Assembly: GCA_024679065.1 (NCBI GenBank)
Contig: JAGIQG010000031.1
Coordinates: forward strand, 17,608,001-17,672,000
Origin: Sphyrna mokarran
Taxonomy: Eukaryota
Length of the DNA stretch: 64,000 bases
Direction: 5' to 3'
How positions within the stretch are numbered: position 1 is the first letter of the stretch; every line of letters begins with the position of its first letter. Both the position numbers and the translations under genes were made by a program. Of the stretch, positions 27,454 to 40,949 are shown one piece after another. The notes beneath the pieces were generated by a model, which worked only from the letters and a program-made list of their open reading frames with translations, did not search any database and was not told where the DNA came from.

Positions 27454-29866
27454 ATTTTTGAAAGGAAAGGCAGCGGGCAAACAATGACAGGCATTTAGAG
27501 AACAAATAATTGAACTCCAGAATTTGTTTATTCCTGTTTGATGCCAGAGTGACACCAGGGAATTGTACCCAAACTATAACTTACAAAGGAAATTAGAGAT
27601 GATATCAGATTCAAGGAAGAAGTGTACAAGTTGGCAAGGAAAAGCAATAGGCCTGAGGATTGGTTTAAAATTCAGCAAAGGACAACCAGGGGATTGATTA
27701 AGAAGGAAAAATGGAGTTATGAAAGTAAGCTAACCGGGGGCATAAACTGACTGTAAAAATTTCTGTAAAAAGAAAAAGACTGACACAAATGAAAATGGGC
27801 CCCTTGCAGTCAGTAACTGGAGGATTCATAACAGGAAATAAAGAAATGGGTGAGGAATTAAATTTGCTTCAGTCTTCACAAAGGAAGACATGAATAATGT
27901 ACCACAAATGCTGAGAGAAGCATGTTTTAATGAAGAGCTGAAAGAAATCAGCATTAATATAGAAATGGTTTTGTGGAAATTGATAGGATTGAAGGTGGAT
28001 AAATCTCCAGGTCCTGACAGTCTTCTTCCCAAAGTACTAAAGGAAATGGCAAAGAAGCAGGAGATTCATTGGTGGTTATTTTCCAAAATTCTTTGGACTC
28101 TGGAATAGTTCTTACAGATTGGAGGGTAGCTAATGTAAACCCGCTATTCAAAAAGGATGGTTGAGAGAAAAGAGGAATTATAGACCAGTGAGCCAATCAG
28201 AAAATTGCTCATTTATGCCAACTCTTGTTTCCTATCTGCTAACCTGCTTTCTGGCCATCTCAAGACATTGCCTGCAATTCCACTTGCTTTAACTTTACGT
28301 AGTAGTCTATTACGTGAGACCTTGTCAAAAGCCTTCTGAAAGTCTAAATAAACCACATCCACTGGTTCTCCTCGATCAACTCTGCTAGTCACAGCCTCAA
28401 AAAATTCCAGTAGATTTGTCAAGCATGATTTCCCTTTTGTAAATCCATGCTGACTTTGTCTGATTATACTATTGCCTTCCAAATGCCAAGTTATGAAATC
28501 CTTAATAATGGATTGTAGCAACTTCCTCAATACTGATATCAGGCTCAATATTCGGTGAAGACTATGAGGACCTGGAGATTTATCCACCTTCAATCCCATC
28601 AATTTCCACAAAACCATTTCTCTACTGATGCTGATTTCCTTCAGCTCTTGATTTAAACACGTTTCTCTCATCATTTGTGGTATATTATTCATGTCTTCCT
28701 TTGTGAAAACTGAAGCAAATTTAATTCCTCACCTATTTCTTTATTTCCAGTTATGAATCCTCCAGTTACTAACTGTAAGGGGCGTACACTCATTTTTGTC
28801 CGTCTTTTTCTTTTTACATATCTACAGAAACTTTTACAGTCGGTTCAATGTCCCCTCTAGCTTACTTTCACAATTCCATTTTTCCCTTCTTAATCAATTC
28901 CCCAGTCCTCCTTTGCTGAATGGGATTCTGAGGGATCTGTGCTAAGACCCCAATTGTTCACACTATAAATGATTTGGAAGAGGGAATTGAATGTGTTATC
29001 TCCAGATGTGCACATGGTACAAAGTTAGGTGGGAGAGTGAGCCATGAGGAGGATGCAGAGATGCTTCAGCGGGATTTGGACAGACTGAGTGTGGGCATGT
29101 GCATTTAGATGCTGTATAATGTAGATAAATGTGAGGTTATCCACTTCAGTAGCAGTAATAGAAGACAGATTATGACTTGAATGGATGTAAATTGAGAGAG
29201 GTGGATACTTGATGCGATCTTGGAGTCCTCATGCATCAGTCACTGAAAGTAAGCATGCAGGTATAGCAGGCAGTGAAGAAAACAAATGGTTTGAGTATAG
29301 GGATAGAGATGCTTTGCTGCAATTGGTGAAGCCATACCTGGATTATTGTGGGCAGTTTTGGTATCTTTGTCTGAGGATGGGTGCCCTTGTGATAAAGGGA
29401 GTGCAGCGAAGTTTACTAGGCTGATTCCTGAAATGGTAGGTTTGTCATATAAGGTGAGACTAAATCTGTTAGGTTTATAGTCACTGGAGTTTAGAAGAGT
29501 GAGAGGGAATCTCATAGAAGCTTATAAATTTCTAACAGGGTTGGGGACAGTGTAGATTCAGAAGGAATGTTCCCAGTGGTGAGGGTAGTCCAGAACTAGA
29601 GGTCATAGTTTAAGGATAAGGGATATACTTCTTGGACAGAGGTGAGGAGAAATTTCTTCACACCAGAGGGTGGTGAATATAGCTGAGGCCAAAATGTTGT
29701 CTGATTTCAGGAAGAAATTAGATATAATTCTTGAGGCTCAAGGGAACAAAGAATGTGTGAGGAAGGGGGCATGAGGATATTGAATTTCATGATCAGGCAT
29801 GGCCAAATGAATGTTGAAGCAAGCTCAAAGGGCCGAATGGTCTTCTCCTACTTCTCGTATCTACGT
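27454..29866 (+). mobile_element. CR1 LINE with internal inversion (~28192-28547) and inverted duplication (~28557-28921)
   Basis: The + ORF at 27890 and the - ORF at 28213-28692 begin with near-identical peptides (MNNVPQMLRE.../MNNIPQMMRE...); the - segment carries QHGFTKGKSCLTNLLEFF; the + strand resumes at 28922. Confidence 0.9.
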
Positions 29867-30210
29867 AGTCCTGCAATGTAACTTCACTGTGTTGATACCT
29901 CATGTTTAGGTGTGCCTGGTGCGGCTCCTGGCATGCCCTCATCATTGATGGTAATGGTAGAGTGGGGGAATATGCTTGGCCATGAGGTTAGATTGTGGTT
30001 GAGTACAGTTCTGCTGCCATTGCTGCTGATGATAGTTGTTCAGTCTTGATGATAGTTGTTCTGATCATGCCATGCTTCACAACTCGATGAAGTGTATCCT
30101 CAGTGTGAAAACAGGACTTTGTCTCCACAAAGAGTGTGTGGTGAGCACTCCTAACAAAATTGTCATGTCCAGATGTACATCTAATGAGGCTGTGAATGTC
30201 TCCGGCTTAA

Positions 30211-30408
<198 letters not shown>

Positions 30409-30675
30409 TGAAAGTAACTTGATTTGACCAGCATGATAGCAAAATGCAACACCTTTCCAATCCTAATTACTCATTTATTTTCCATCACCCTCCCAGTCAC
30501 AGCACTCAACTGACCATTTGTATAGAAAGTCCTGACATTGCACACTTCCTCCCAAGAGCTAGTGGTGTGCTACCCCTACTCCAAACATGGACCTAAATAG
30601 CAGTTTTACAAATTTACAATTGGTTACTTCGTTGGAAAAACCCAAATAGCCCACAGTCAATACTACAAGAGTAGA

Positions 30676-31165
30676 GGAAGCTGGAGAAACTCAGCAGGTT
30701 GAATAGTGTAAGCAGAGAAAACAGAGTTAACATTTTGAGTCTCTTTGGCTCTTCATCAGAACTAAAGAGTGGGAGAAATGTGTTCGATATTAAGCTGTAC
30801 CTGTGAGAGATTGCTACAAGCTGTACCAATGTTAAGAACAAAAGACAGATGGGCTGGTATGGGGGACGTGAACATTATGATAATAAATGTATGAGATTTA
30901 TTTCTTAAAAAGGATTTAAGATGGACGAGAAATTTGTTGAACACTATATTGAGTCCTGAGGGTTGTAACATGCTCATCTTAAGATGAGATGCTGTTCCTC
31001 CAGCTTCCTTTGGGTTTCAATGGAGCATTGCAGGAGGCCAAGGATGGACACCTGATCATGAGAATGGAATGCTGAGTTAAAATGGCAAGCAAACAGAAGG
31101 TTGGGGTCATGCTTCTAGACTGAGTTAATATATCTGCAAAGTGGTCACCCAGTCTATGGTTAGAT
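30676..31165 (-). mobile_element. Penelope-like element fragment
   Basis: Begins with the gctggagaaactcagcagg...acagagttaacattttgagtc arm and continues into gagatgctgttcctccagctt...gcaaagtggtcacccagtct, which I recognise as Penelope-type sequence. Confidence 0.5.
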
Positions 31166-32129
31166 CCCTAATGGAGAGAGAACAATAAATGTGCCTTGCC
31201 AGAGATGAATCCTCCTCTTTAAATATAATCCCAGAGATAGTATGAGTTATCAGGTCTCTGACCAGTAGCTTAGGCATGCAGAAAACAACCATTTGCTCTG
31301 AGTTGGTTCAGTCTGCAGATCTTGCCATCATAGTGGTGCAACAAGTTTCCCATTGCTTTAGCAGTCAAGTTCACCCAGACACATGCTCAAACATTGTCTG
31401 GAGCAGAAGTGCATAAGAATGCTAGTCCCCAGTGATGGCTCTATCTTTCCTCCTTCCATCAATGTGTTGTGTTGATTACCTGATCATTAAAAATGCTGTG
31501 GACTGTCTTGCTTAATCAAGTCTGCTCCATGGGTCAGTTTGTTGCCACTGCCAGACAAACTGCTCAGAGAGCCAACTAATCCCTCCCCTCTGATGAGTTG
31601 GCCATTAGATAATTGATCAAACGTGGGTGTGTGTTTGAGTCTTGATTCAGTAGGAACTTAGCAGTTTAAAAAAAAAGTTCATGATGGATCAAGTGTAAGG
31701 TTAGCAGCAATATCTTTTCATTCGTTAGTTGCTGGTGGCAACAGCTTTGGTTCTACTTTATCTGGGAATAGACAAGTCTAAGACTGCAGCCAGATCAGTA
31801 GTGTAGAGAAATAAATTCTGGCTTTTTTTTCAGTTATCACTGAGCAATGATCTGACAGTTGTCAATAACATCATTGGTTGCAAAGGATAGTGTGTGTCAC
31901 AAAAAATCTGTCTTTCCGATAACGAATATACAGATGGGTAAAGCATGTTCTATTTTTTCTACATATTTTGGTTATCCAGCTTCAACAATTGGCCATTCAT
32001 TGTATTTAAGCAATATAAATGATCTCATACTGAAGGATATCTTATTTTATACCACTGAATTTGACATTGTGATTCCTCTTGTGCAAGATTAATTTCCTGT
32101 AGCATTAATTGGTTAATGCAATCACTTGT

Positions 32130-32570
32130 GTTTTTAAAGTGCCTTTAATGCAATAACAGATCCAAAGGCAATGTGGTGAAGCAAAATTTTACACTGAGCA
32201 CCTTCAGAGATATTAGGGAAGATGACCAAAATCTTAGGCAAGGACAGATTTGAAGGATGGTCTTGAAGAAATTGAGAAGGGAGGGAGAGGGAATTTCCCA
32301 GCTGAGTGCCATAGCATTTGAAAACAGAGCCACTAGCAGTTGAGCATAGAGTCATAAAATTTAAGAGCAATTAAAATTAAGGATCGTCAAGAGATCCTGA
32401 CCAGAATTAGAAAAGTGGAAATATCTTTTGAACGCTCTGAGAAGAAATTGCCGAGATAGGGAGAGGTGAAGCCATGAAGGAATGTGAAATGGTCAATATT
32501 GAAATTGGATATTGCTTAACTGGGAGCCTGGACAGATTAGAGACAGGTGATGTGTGAATGGACTTGCTGC
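32130..32570 (-). mobile_element. L2 LINE 3' fragment
   Basis: gatattagggaagatgaccaaa...gagggaatttcccagctgag, similar to the fragments at 56180-57080 and 58900-60010. Confidence 0.5.
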
Positions 32571-32772
32571 AGTCTTTGAAAATGCTTTTGTAACCCATTT
32601 ATTTTAAATTAGAAATGAAATCTACTTAATACTGACCAATAACTCTCACCTCCATTTGATGCAAGTAAAAGAAATAAATATGAACAGAAAGTGAACTTGT
32701 GAATAAGATGCATGCCATTTCTTGCTCTTGCAAGTTCTCTTGTCTTATTGCAGTTTTTCTTTCCTATGCTAG

Positions 32773-32895
32773 TTTCCTTCCCCTGAGTGGGACACAGTTA
32801 CTCCAGAGGCCAAGAATCTCATCAACCAGATGTTGACCATTAATCCTGCCAAACGTATTACTGCCACTGAGGCTCTGAAACACCCCTGGGTCTGT
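32773..32895 (+). CDS. CAMK2B: CAMK2B exon 10 (123 nt): [41 protein letters not shown]
   Basis: Boundaries atgctag|TTTCCTTCC...GTCTGT|gtaagt. Confidence 0.97.
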
Positions 32896-33347
32896 GTAAG
32901 TATTCACATACTCGCGTTGATCGGGAGAGGGAAGAATAGCTTCAGCTTGCATCATCATTCACAGACATAGCGTGAATCCAGTTTCAAAATTGGATCACTT
33001 TGACCATTACAAATCAGAAAGCAGAAATTTTGCATCTTACGATCTATTCACAAAGTAATATCAGTTAACCATTTCACAGATGTTATTGCAGAATGTTATT
33101 GCTGTATATAATGTGGGTTGTTCACATATAACTCCTCCATTTGGGATGATGATCAAGTGTCCCAGATTAAAAGGGGTATGAAGAAGATTCTGATGATGCT
33201 CAGTTCACACTCTTTAAAAAAAACACTTGGCCTAATGAGTTAATATAGAAAGTATACTGTTTTTAATGGACAGAGGAAATGAATGGGATAAATATGTTCA
33301 CAGTAATTAAAGCAAGAAATGATCTTACAGAAAAACATTTTGTTTAA

Positions 33348-33494
<147 letters not shown>

Positions 33495-33689
33495 TGAACT
33501 TAAGAATCTTCTATTCTAATTATTGGTGCGTTGAGTCTTGTGAAGACAGTTTTCAAAACATTTTGATAGTTTTCTCTTCTCTTCCTTTGGATCTGGACAT
33601 GAAAAAGAGACTTGCCCTAGTGCACAGTTCCCTGCCCAGTTATAGAATATTGTTTTCGGTATTAGACAGCGTAAGGACCAGCGTGTTTC

Positions 33690-34945
33690 ATATTCATTTA
33701 AGGGATGTGGGCATAGCTGGCTAGGCCAGCATTTATTGCCCATTCCTAATTGCCTTTGAGAATATGGTGCTGAGTTGCTTTCTTGAACTGCTCCATGTGG
33801 TGTAGATACATCCACACTGCTGTTTGGAAGGGAATCTAGGAATTTGACCCAGTGGCACTGAAGGGTGGCCATATATTTCCAAGTCCACATGGTAAGTGGC
33901 TTGGAGGAGAATTTCCAGATGTTGGTGCCCCCATGTATCTGCTGCTCTTGTCCTTCTAGATGATAGTGGTCACGAGTTTGGAAGATAATGTCTAAGGGAT
34001 TTGGTGAGTTGCTGAAGTGCATCTTGTACATGGTTCATCCTATTTGTCAGTGGTTGAGTGTGAATATTTGTGCAAGGGATGCTTTGATTTGAGTGGTGAC
34101 GAGCTTCTTCAGTGCTGTTGCAGCTTCAGTCATCCAGGCAACATTGAAGTTTTTTAAAGTTTATTTATTAGTGTCGCAAATAGGCTTATATTAACAGCAA
34201 TGAAGTTACTGTGAAAATTTCCAAGTTGCCTTATTCCAGTACCTGTTCAGGTACACTAAGGGAAAATTTAGCATGGCTAAAGCACCTAACCAGCATGTCT
34301 TTCAGACTGTGGGAGGAAACCAGAGCACCTGGACAAATCCCACGCAGACACAGGGAGGAGTTGTAGACTTGGCATAGACAGTGATCCAAGACTGGAATTG
34401 AATGTGGGTCCTTGACACTATGGGCAGCAGCACTAACCATTTTGCCTAATGCCATTCTCCAAGTGGTGTTCAAATGGGGAGCACTGATTCATCAACTGAG
34501 GAAGAGGATGGGTGGGGCAACCATCAGGAAGTTTCCAGCCCATGTTTGACCTGATGCCATGAGATTTCCTGCACTGTTGAAACTCCTGGGGCAGTTCCCT
34601 TCCAGATTTATATCACTCTGCCATCAACAGTGCTGGGCCTGTCCTCCTTTTAGGATAGACATGCCCAGGGATGGTGATGGTGGAGAATCAACCACATAGC
34701 TGTGGGTATGGCATCACATGTAGATTTCCTTTGTTAAAGGACATTAGTGAATCAGATAGGTTTTTACAACAATCAACTATGGTCTCATGGTCGTCATTAG
34801 ACTTGTAATTCCACATTATTTTCATTGAATTATTGAAATCTTACTCAAATTCATCACCTGTCATACTGGAATTCAAACCAGAGTCCTAGAGTATTATTCT
34901 GGGTCTCCAGATTGCTAGTCCAATGACAGTATCACTACGCCACTT
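33690..34945 (-). mobile_element. L2-type LINE 3' part interrupted by an HE1-like SINE (34155-34455) and followed by another SINE
   Basis: 33690-34140 is homologous to 25465-25920; the 34155-34455 segment is the reverse complement of the 19355 SINE. Confidence 0.75.
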
Positions 34946-35119
34946 CTAAATCAGCTAATTAACTGCAAGCAAAGAAAAAAATCACCAAAGGCTGGAAATT
35001 CTCAGCAAGATAGCTAGTATCTGCAGAGAGAAACAGAATTAAGATATCAGATTAATAATCTATCTTTTGTCAGAATGACCTTGCTGATTATATTCAGCAT
35101 CTCGATTTTTATGTTTCCC

Positions 35120-35340
35120 TTTGGGAGGGATAAATGCTGGCCTTATACATGGAGAGACTAAATGCTGTTTGTTGAATCTCGCCAAGGGATCTTCAGTGTG
35201 CACCTGAAGAGGGTTAATAGTGCCTCAATCTCATATCTTATCTGAAAATGCAGCACTTGCTCAGTTTGAGGAGTGTGTCTTGAACCCACAACCTTTTTAC
35301 TTGAAGGTGAAGGGCTATCATTGAGTGAAGATTGACACAT
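35120..35340 (-). mobile_element. DeuSINE-like fragment
   Basis: gggatcttcagtgtgcacctgaagag...tctcatatcttatctgaaaatgcagcac...cttgaacccacaacc. Confidence 0.45.
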
Positions 35341-35869
35341 GTACTACACATGTACAAATAAAAGTAAAAACCTTTGTGATCAGCAAACTCAGATCACAAG
35401 TAGATAAAACAAATTGAATTATAAAGTATCTGCACAGTGATTTGGTAAAATCCAGAAAGTTGCCATTCAATCCATTTTTGAAGGTTAGACATTTCTAGTA
35501 ATTGCACAATACTTGGGAAAAAAAAATTTGGAAAATACCAACTCGTACACAGAAGACGAAAGAAACACAAGAGATTTGCATTATACCTTTTCATATAAAT
35601 GTATCACACACCATGAATTATATTCTGTGATGTAATGATTAAACTGTTCAGTGGAACAATATTGAACCTCAGATGGTCTCAAAAGTTAAATATGTCACAA
35701 CGTAGTTTGTCCATTGTGTTTCATTTCCAAACTGCTAACTTGATTTATTTAAAAGGTAATAACTGAAGTAGAAACAATTTAAATTGCATAATCTTTTGTA
35801 GGTGTTGAATGAATAAGTCACCAGACCTGATATCTTAAGTCCATTGCTGCTAATTACAAACCCAAGATA

Positions 35870-36215
35870 AAGTTGCAGCCTCACTGTATGCAGTTCTGGT
35901 CGCCACATTATAGAAAGGATGTGGTTACACTGGAAGGGATATAGAGGAGATACACCAGGATGTTGCCTGAGATGGAATATTTAAGGAAAGTTTGGATAGG
36001 CTCGGGTTGTTTTCTCGAGAGCAGAGCAGAAGAGATGGGATGACTCTCGTCCTTTAAAAGGTACCTGGATGAGTACTTAGCATGCCATAACGTTCAAGGC
36101 TATGGGGCCAAGTGCTGGCAAGTAGGACGAGGTGGGCAGATCAGGACCTTTTATGTGTTAGTGCAGATTTGATGGACCTAAGGGCCTCTTCTGGACTGTA
36201 ATGTTTTGTGATTTT
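35870..36215 (+). mobile_element. CR1 3' fragment, internally deleted
   Basis: tgcagttctggtcgccacattatagaaaggatgtg...gggcctcttctggactgtaatg. Confidence 0.7.
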
Positions 36216-36219
36216 GTAA

Positions 36220-36630
36220 GTCATTTGTGGCTGAGTGGATAACACTCATCACAGGTCAAAGAGCCATGTGTCTTAGCCTCACTCCAGAGACTTGGAGCAT
36301 GCAATCTAGATTAACAGTCCAAGAAGACGATGCACTGTTGGAGCTATGTGGACTATCTTTCATTTGAGATCTTGAACTGAGAGGCCCTGACTATCCCCTC
36401 AGTTGTGCAAAAAAACCCTCTAGTACAATTTGACAAACAGCGGGGATAGTTTCCTTTGCGTCTCAACCAAGATTTATCCATCAACTAATATCACTGAAAT
36501 TAATGATCATTTATCAACTGCTGTTTGTGTATACAAATTAGCTGCTGCATTTCCTACATTGGAATATTCCTGCATTTTAAAAGTCCTGAATTGAAATGCT
36601 TTGGAACAAACTTTTGATTATGAAAGTTGT
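36220..36630 (+). mobile_element. DeuSINE/SacSINE1-like SINE just upstream of exon 12
   Basis: tRNA-like head gtggctgagtggataacactc and body caagatttatccatcaactaatatcac...acaaattagctgctgcatttcctacatt. Confidence 0.55.
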
Positions 36631-36700
36631 TTGAATGTGATTGTGATATGACAGTTTAAATTATTTCTATTGGCTGACATTTTCCTTCTCTCCCATCCAG

Positions 36701-36743
36701 GGTGCCATCCTCACCACTATGTTAGCAACACGAAACTTCTCAG
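36701..36743 (+). CDS. CAMK2B: CAMK2B exon 12 (43 nt): GAILTTMLATRNFS (CaM-binding segment, T306/T307)
   Basis: Boundaries cccatccag|GGTGCCATC...TTCTCAG|gtacgt. Confidence 0.96.
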
Positions 36744-37164
36744 GTACGTTTCTAATCAGCCAATTCTCTCATTGAACCCAGAGTCAGATCTCTTCTGGAA
36801 CTCCGATGTACAAATTAATTGCGTGCCATTGATGTTTCTGGCATTTCAGGAGCTTGGCTTATTACTCATTCTAAATAACCCATAAGCATCTGCTTTTATT
36901 GAGTTGAAAAATAGCTGCCTCAGAATAAACCAGTATGACGTATTTTCACAGCTGATATACACAGTATGGGCCAAATGGCCTATTTCTGCACCTAACAATT
37001 CTAAAATATAGTCAGGCGCCATACACAAAGTTGAAATAGTAACAATTTTTTTCAGCAGTAAACTTCTTCAAGAGGCCCACAGTACTACAGGTGCTTTGGG
37101 AAAATGAATGCTAAGCAGAGGAAGGAGAGCTGAGGAGTTGGTGAACAGAAAATGGATTTTGTGG

Positions 37165-38082
37165 AATGTAGGAGCAGGCCTAGGTCACCTGGCTTATCTG
37201 ACTGTTTCAGTGAGGTTATGGCTGATATTTGACCTCACTCTGTTTAGCCCACATTTGTCCAAATCCCTGAATATCTGTGGGGAACAGAAATCTATCAACC
37301 TCAGATTTAACATTAATACTTGCTCAGCATTATGTGCCTTATGTGGAACAAATTTCCAAACCACAACTGTCCTTCGCTTGTAAAAATGTTTGTTCATTTA
37401 TTCTGAAAGACTTAGCTCTAACATGTCGACTCTACCCCCATTCATGGACTCTCCAAATAGTTTTCCCAGCCCATAAGTTGCACCGATGATATCCCTACCT
37501 ACTAGGCTTACCTATAACCCTCTATGTTACTAAGTCCCATGTACTTATCCAAAAGTGTCTTAAAAGACCCGATCGAATCTGCCTCACCACCACTGTAGAC
37601 AGTCGATTCCACATGCTCACCACCCTCTTGAGTGAAAAACTTACCCCTGACATCTCCTCTGTATCTACTCCCCAGTACCCTAAATCTGTGTCCTCTTGTG
37701 GCAGCCATTTCAGCCCTGGGAAAGAAGCCTCTGAGAATCCACTTGATCAATACCTCTCAACATCTTATACACCTCTATCAGGTCACCTCTCATCTTTTGT
37801 CTCTCTAAGGAGAACAGACTGAGTTCTCTCAACCTATCTTCATAAGGTATGCCACCTAATCCAGGAAACATCCTTGTAAATCTCTTCTGCGCCCTTTCAA
37901 TGCCTTCCACATGCTTCCTGTAATGAGATGACTAGCATAGTACTCCAAGTGGGGTCTGACCAGGGTCTTATACAGCTGCAGCATTATCTCCCGACTCCTA
38001 AACTCAGTTCCTCAATTGATGAAGTACACCATACGCCATCTTAACTACAGCCTCTACCTGCGAAGCTGCTTTGAGCATTCTA
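37165..38082 (-). mobile_element. Two adjacent CR1 3' fragments; 37469-38082 is the same subfamily as the 8874-9928 copy but frameshifted
   Basis: ORFs 37508 and 37710 share FPRAEMAATRGHRF...RGKFFTQ and EDRLRELSLFSLER with the 8957 ORF. Confidence 0.88.
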
Positions 38083-40877
38083 AATTAACTTATTGACTCT
38101 TCTTGTCATTCAACCTCTGCTGTTCTTTTATCATTCTGATATATCATGTGAAGTTAGAGGGATGGAGATATTTAAGGAAAAAAGTCAAGAAAATTGGTTG
38201 CAAGTAGTTGAAGTGTCTGCAGATTTTGCTGGAAATAGTTTGTTAAGGTGCGCTCGTGATCAAAGCATGAGGAGTAGACAGTTTGAGAAGGGACATGAGG
38301 CTGAAGTCAGTATGTAGCAGGAGTGGGTGAGACATGGAATTGAGAATGGGTGGGGGTTCAAAAGCTAAGTCATTGATTTATAACATGTATGTAGAGACCA
38401 AATGTTTTGTATGGGACCAGTTTCTAGCTGCAGTACAATTTGTACACGTTTTCCTCAGTACCTTTGCATTTTCAGCTTCACTTTTCACCTTTTGTGAAGC
38501 ATATATTTTTGCACGATAATAGATTATTTTAAACAGTCTCATATCTCAGAGTGTCTCATATCATGCACATGATCATTCTTTCATTTTACAATTCTTTACA
38601 GTGACTTCGAACATTTTAACTGCAAGATTTGAGGAGCTTAACATTTTTCAACCTTCATATGAAAAAAAGCTATTAAATTTTTCCATTGCTGTACTTGTTT
38701 CCTCATCTGCTTATTATAAGAATGTTGGCAAATCAAGGATTGGTAACTTAAAAGAAAATGTTTCAGGGATTTCAAGTCTGCCGGAATAAAAGTGTCAGCT
38801 TCCCACTGTAATTGTCACTGCAATTGTTCACCTCCTTCCTTCTCTGATTCACAGCAATGTGTTCTGACTCATCATGAGAGTGTCAGACTGCTCAATATGG
38901 AGAGCAAATATGATTGTGCAGCATGGATGATAAGATCTGTTCAGTATAAGGGCAGTATTCAGTTTGTCTTGCTCCTCCATTCTGTGAGTTGGGTTTGCTC
39001 CTTCCCTGTATTTATATACAGCCTGTTCAGTATAAAAGCAATGTCCATTACATGTCATAGACCTTTGTAAGTCCAACTACTTTTATCTCCTTTCTGATAA
39101 ATTACCTTGGACGAATTAATGGACACATATTTATTCCAAAGCAGCCCATGTTCTGACGATAAGGAATTATAATTGTGAAATTATGACAGTTATACATTTT
39201 TTACTTAATTTGTGGGAAGTGGGAGTCGTTGCCAAGCTATCATTTATTGCCCATCCTGAACTGTCTGATTAATCATACCTGGTTAATGTCTGCTCTAGCT
39301 TGCTCTCCCTTTGATAAGAAATAATCTGGAAAAGAATGCCTGTTCCATCTATGCACATTCCTGTTGATTGATCCTTCGCTTTTGGTTACTCTAAATATTG
39401 ACTCCAGCTTGGCAATGTGTTCAGCACAATTGCACTGCCTATATTTGTAGCTGAGACACCCTTGGTCCTCCCTTCCAATTGGCCCTCCATTCATGGTGGA
39501 GAGAGAATTCAAGGCAATTTGCTCCCCTGCACTCTCAAGCGTCCCATGCTTAATTGTGAAGCTTGTTATCAGAAGCAACCCTGGATCACAGCAGACTGTG
39601 TGCATTCTCAATCATCAGTCCAATTAAAGGATACAGATGTTAAAATATTAATTCACGGCATGCGGGTTTTGCTGGAAAGGCCAGCTTTATTGCACATCTG
39701 TACATGGCGTTGAGAAGCTGGTGTTCTGTCTGCTGGAGCCACTGCAGTGATATTCCTACAGCAGTCACAGCAGTGTTGGCATGATTGAGTGGCTTGGTTA
39801 GCCATTTCAGAAGGTAGTTCAGTGATTTAACAATGAGATTTGAGCTCACGTCGCTAGGTCATAAGTCTGGATCTCTAGATTGCATGTCCAGTAATGTAAC
39901 CAATGGTGCTACAATTCTCTGAAGCCCAGGTAATGCACCTGCTATCACCAGGAAAATCTTTCCTGACAGCACTTGCTAGACAAGGTATCTGGAATCTGTT
40001 CGGTTGAAGGAGAGAAGTGTTTCCTGTTCCTGATATACTGGTGGGTTTCAATTCATTGACGACTGTGTTTGTGTGTGTTGTGAGTGAGAATAGTTGGTGG
40101 GGATGATGTAGATGTTGCTAGACAAAGGAAGAGAGAAGAGAAGGGAAGTGAACAAAATTGCATGATGAAGCAGAAGCATTTCTGGGAGGATAGGGTAGCA
40201 GATATTGGCATGCAAAGTTAGTAAAATTTGAACCATTGTAGAATTAATGAGATTTCTGCTGAAGTTAGAGGGTGTCTACATATTTGCTGTTTCTGTTCAG
40301 TTTATAAAATTCTGAGTCATATTTACCCTGATTTGACTGAACTTTCAGAAGAAAGGTAGAATTCCTAATTATCTGCTGCAACTTATGCCCCAGTAAGCTG
40401 CCAATATTGTTGTGGTTCCCAGCTTAGCTGTGAAATTGCATCCATGATCAGCAAAATTTGAGAGTTAAACAGGATATCAAAATTGTACACCAAAAAAAAT
40501 GAGAATCTCTTGGCATTGTGAAGAGACAGCCTCTGGAGATCTCTTTCATGCCCCTGTCTGGTTCATTGATTTTTGATGGTTGATGTAAAACCAGTTAAAC
40601 TCCATAGTATGAGAAATACTTTGAATCACTGTAATTGAATTGGAGCCTTAAATAGTTATCCATGTGCATCGTTCCAGATGCAGTGGTCAAAGAAGTGCCA
40701 AATTTCGATTTATATGCAAAAAAGGAGTTCCAATGACTGCAGATGTGCATCAGGATTTGACAAAAATTCATAGAAATATGTGGCATAGTAATCCACCTGG
40801 AATAAATTCAGTGTGTAGTGAAGCAGTGCTGAGTGTTTTGCTGATGTTACTTGCTTTCTTTTTATTCCCGCCAACAG

Positions 40878-40949
40878 TGGGCAGACAAACCACTGCGCCA
40901 GCTACAATGACAGCTGCCGCCAGCGCGACTGTTGGTCTCGTTGAACAAG
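40878..40949 (+). CDS. CAMK2B: CAMK2B exon 13 (72 nt, F-actin-binding variable exon): [24 protein letters not shown]
   Basis: Boundaries ccaacag|TGGGCAGA...GAACAAG|gtagac; phase 1 to 1; resembles mammalian [25 protein letters not shown]. Confidence 0.94.

Larger units (their letters stand above)
25465..30185 (-). mobile_element. Old L2/CR1-superclade LINE (segments 25465-27453 and ~29865-30185) hosting nested insertions
   Basis: RT remnant NYSLLSSISKQMKGVIN...NANFGFCQSHSAPDLITALVQTW; 3' tail tatgggatgtgg...tttattgcc; host sequence appears to resume after the inserted CR1. Confidence 0.8.

Noticed and set aside
30028-30065. Tandem gatgatagttgttc duplication
   Set aside because: A small slippage event inside a decayed LINE.
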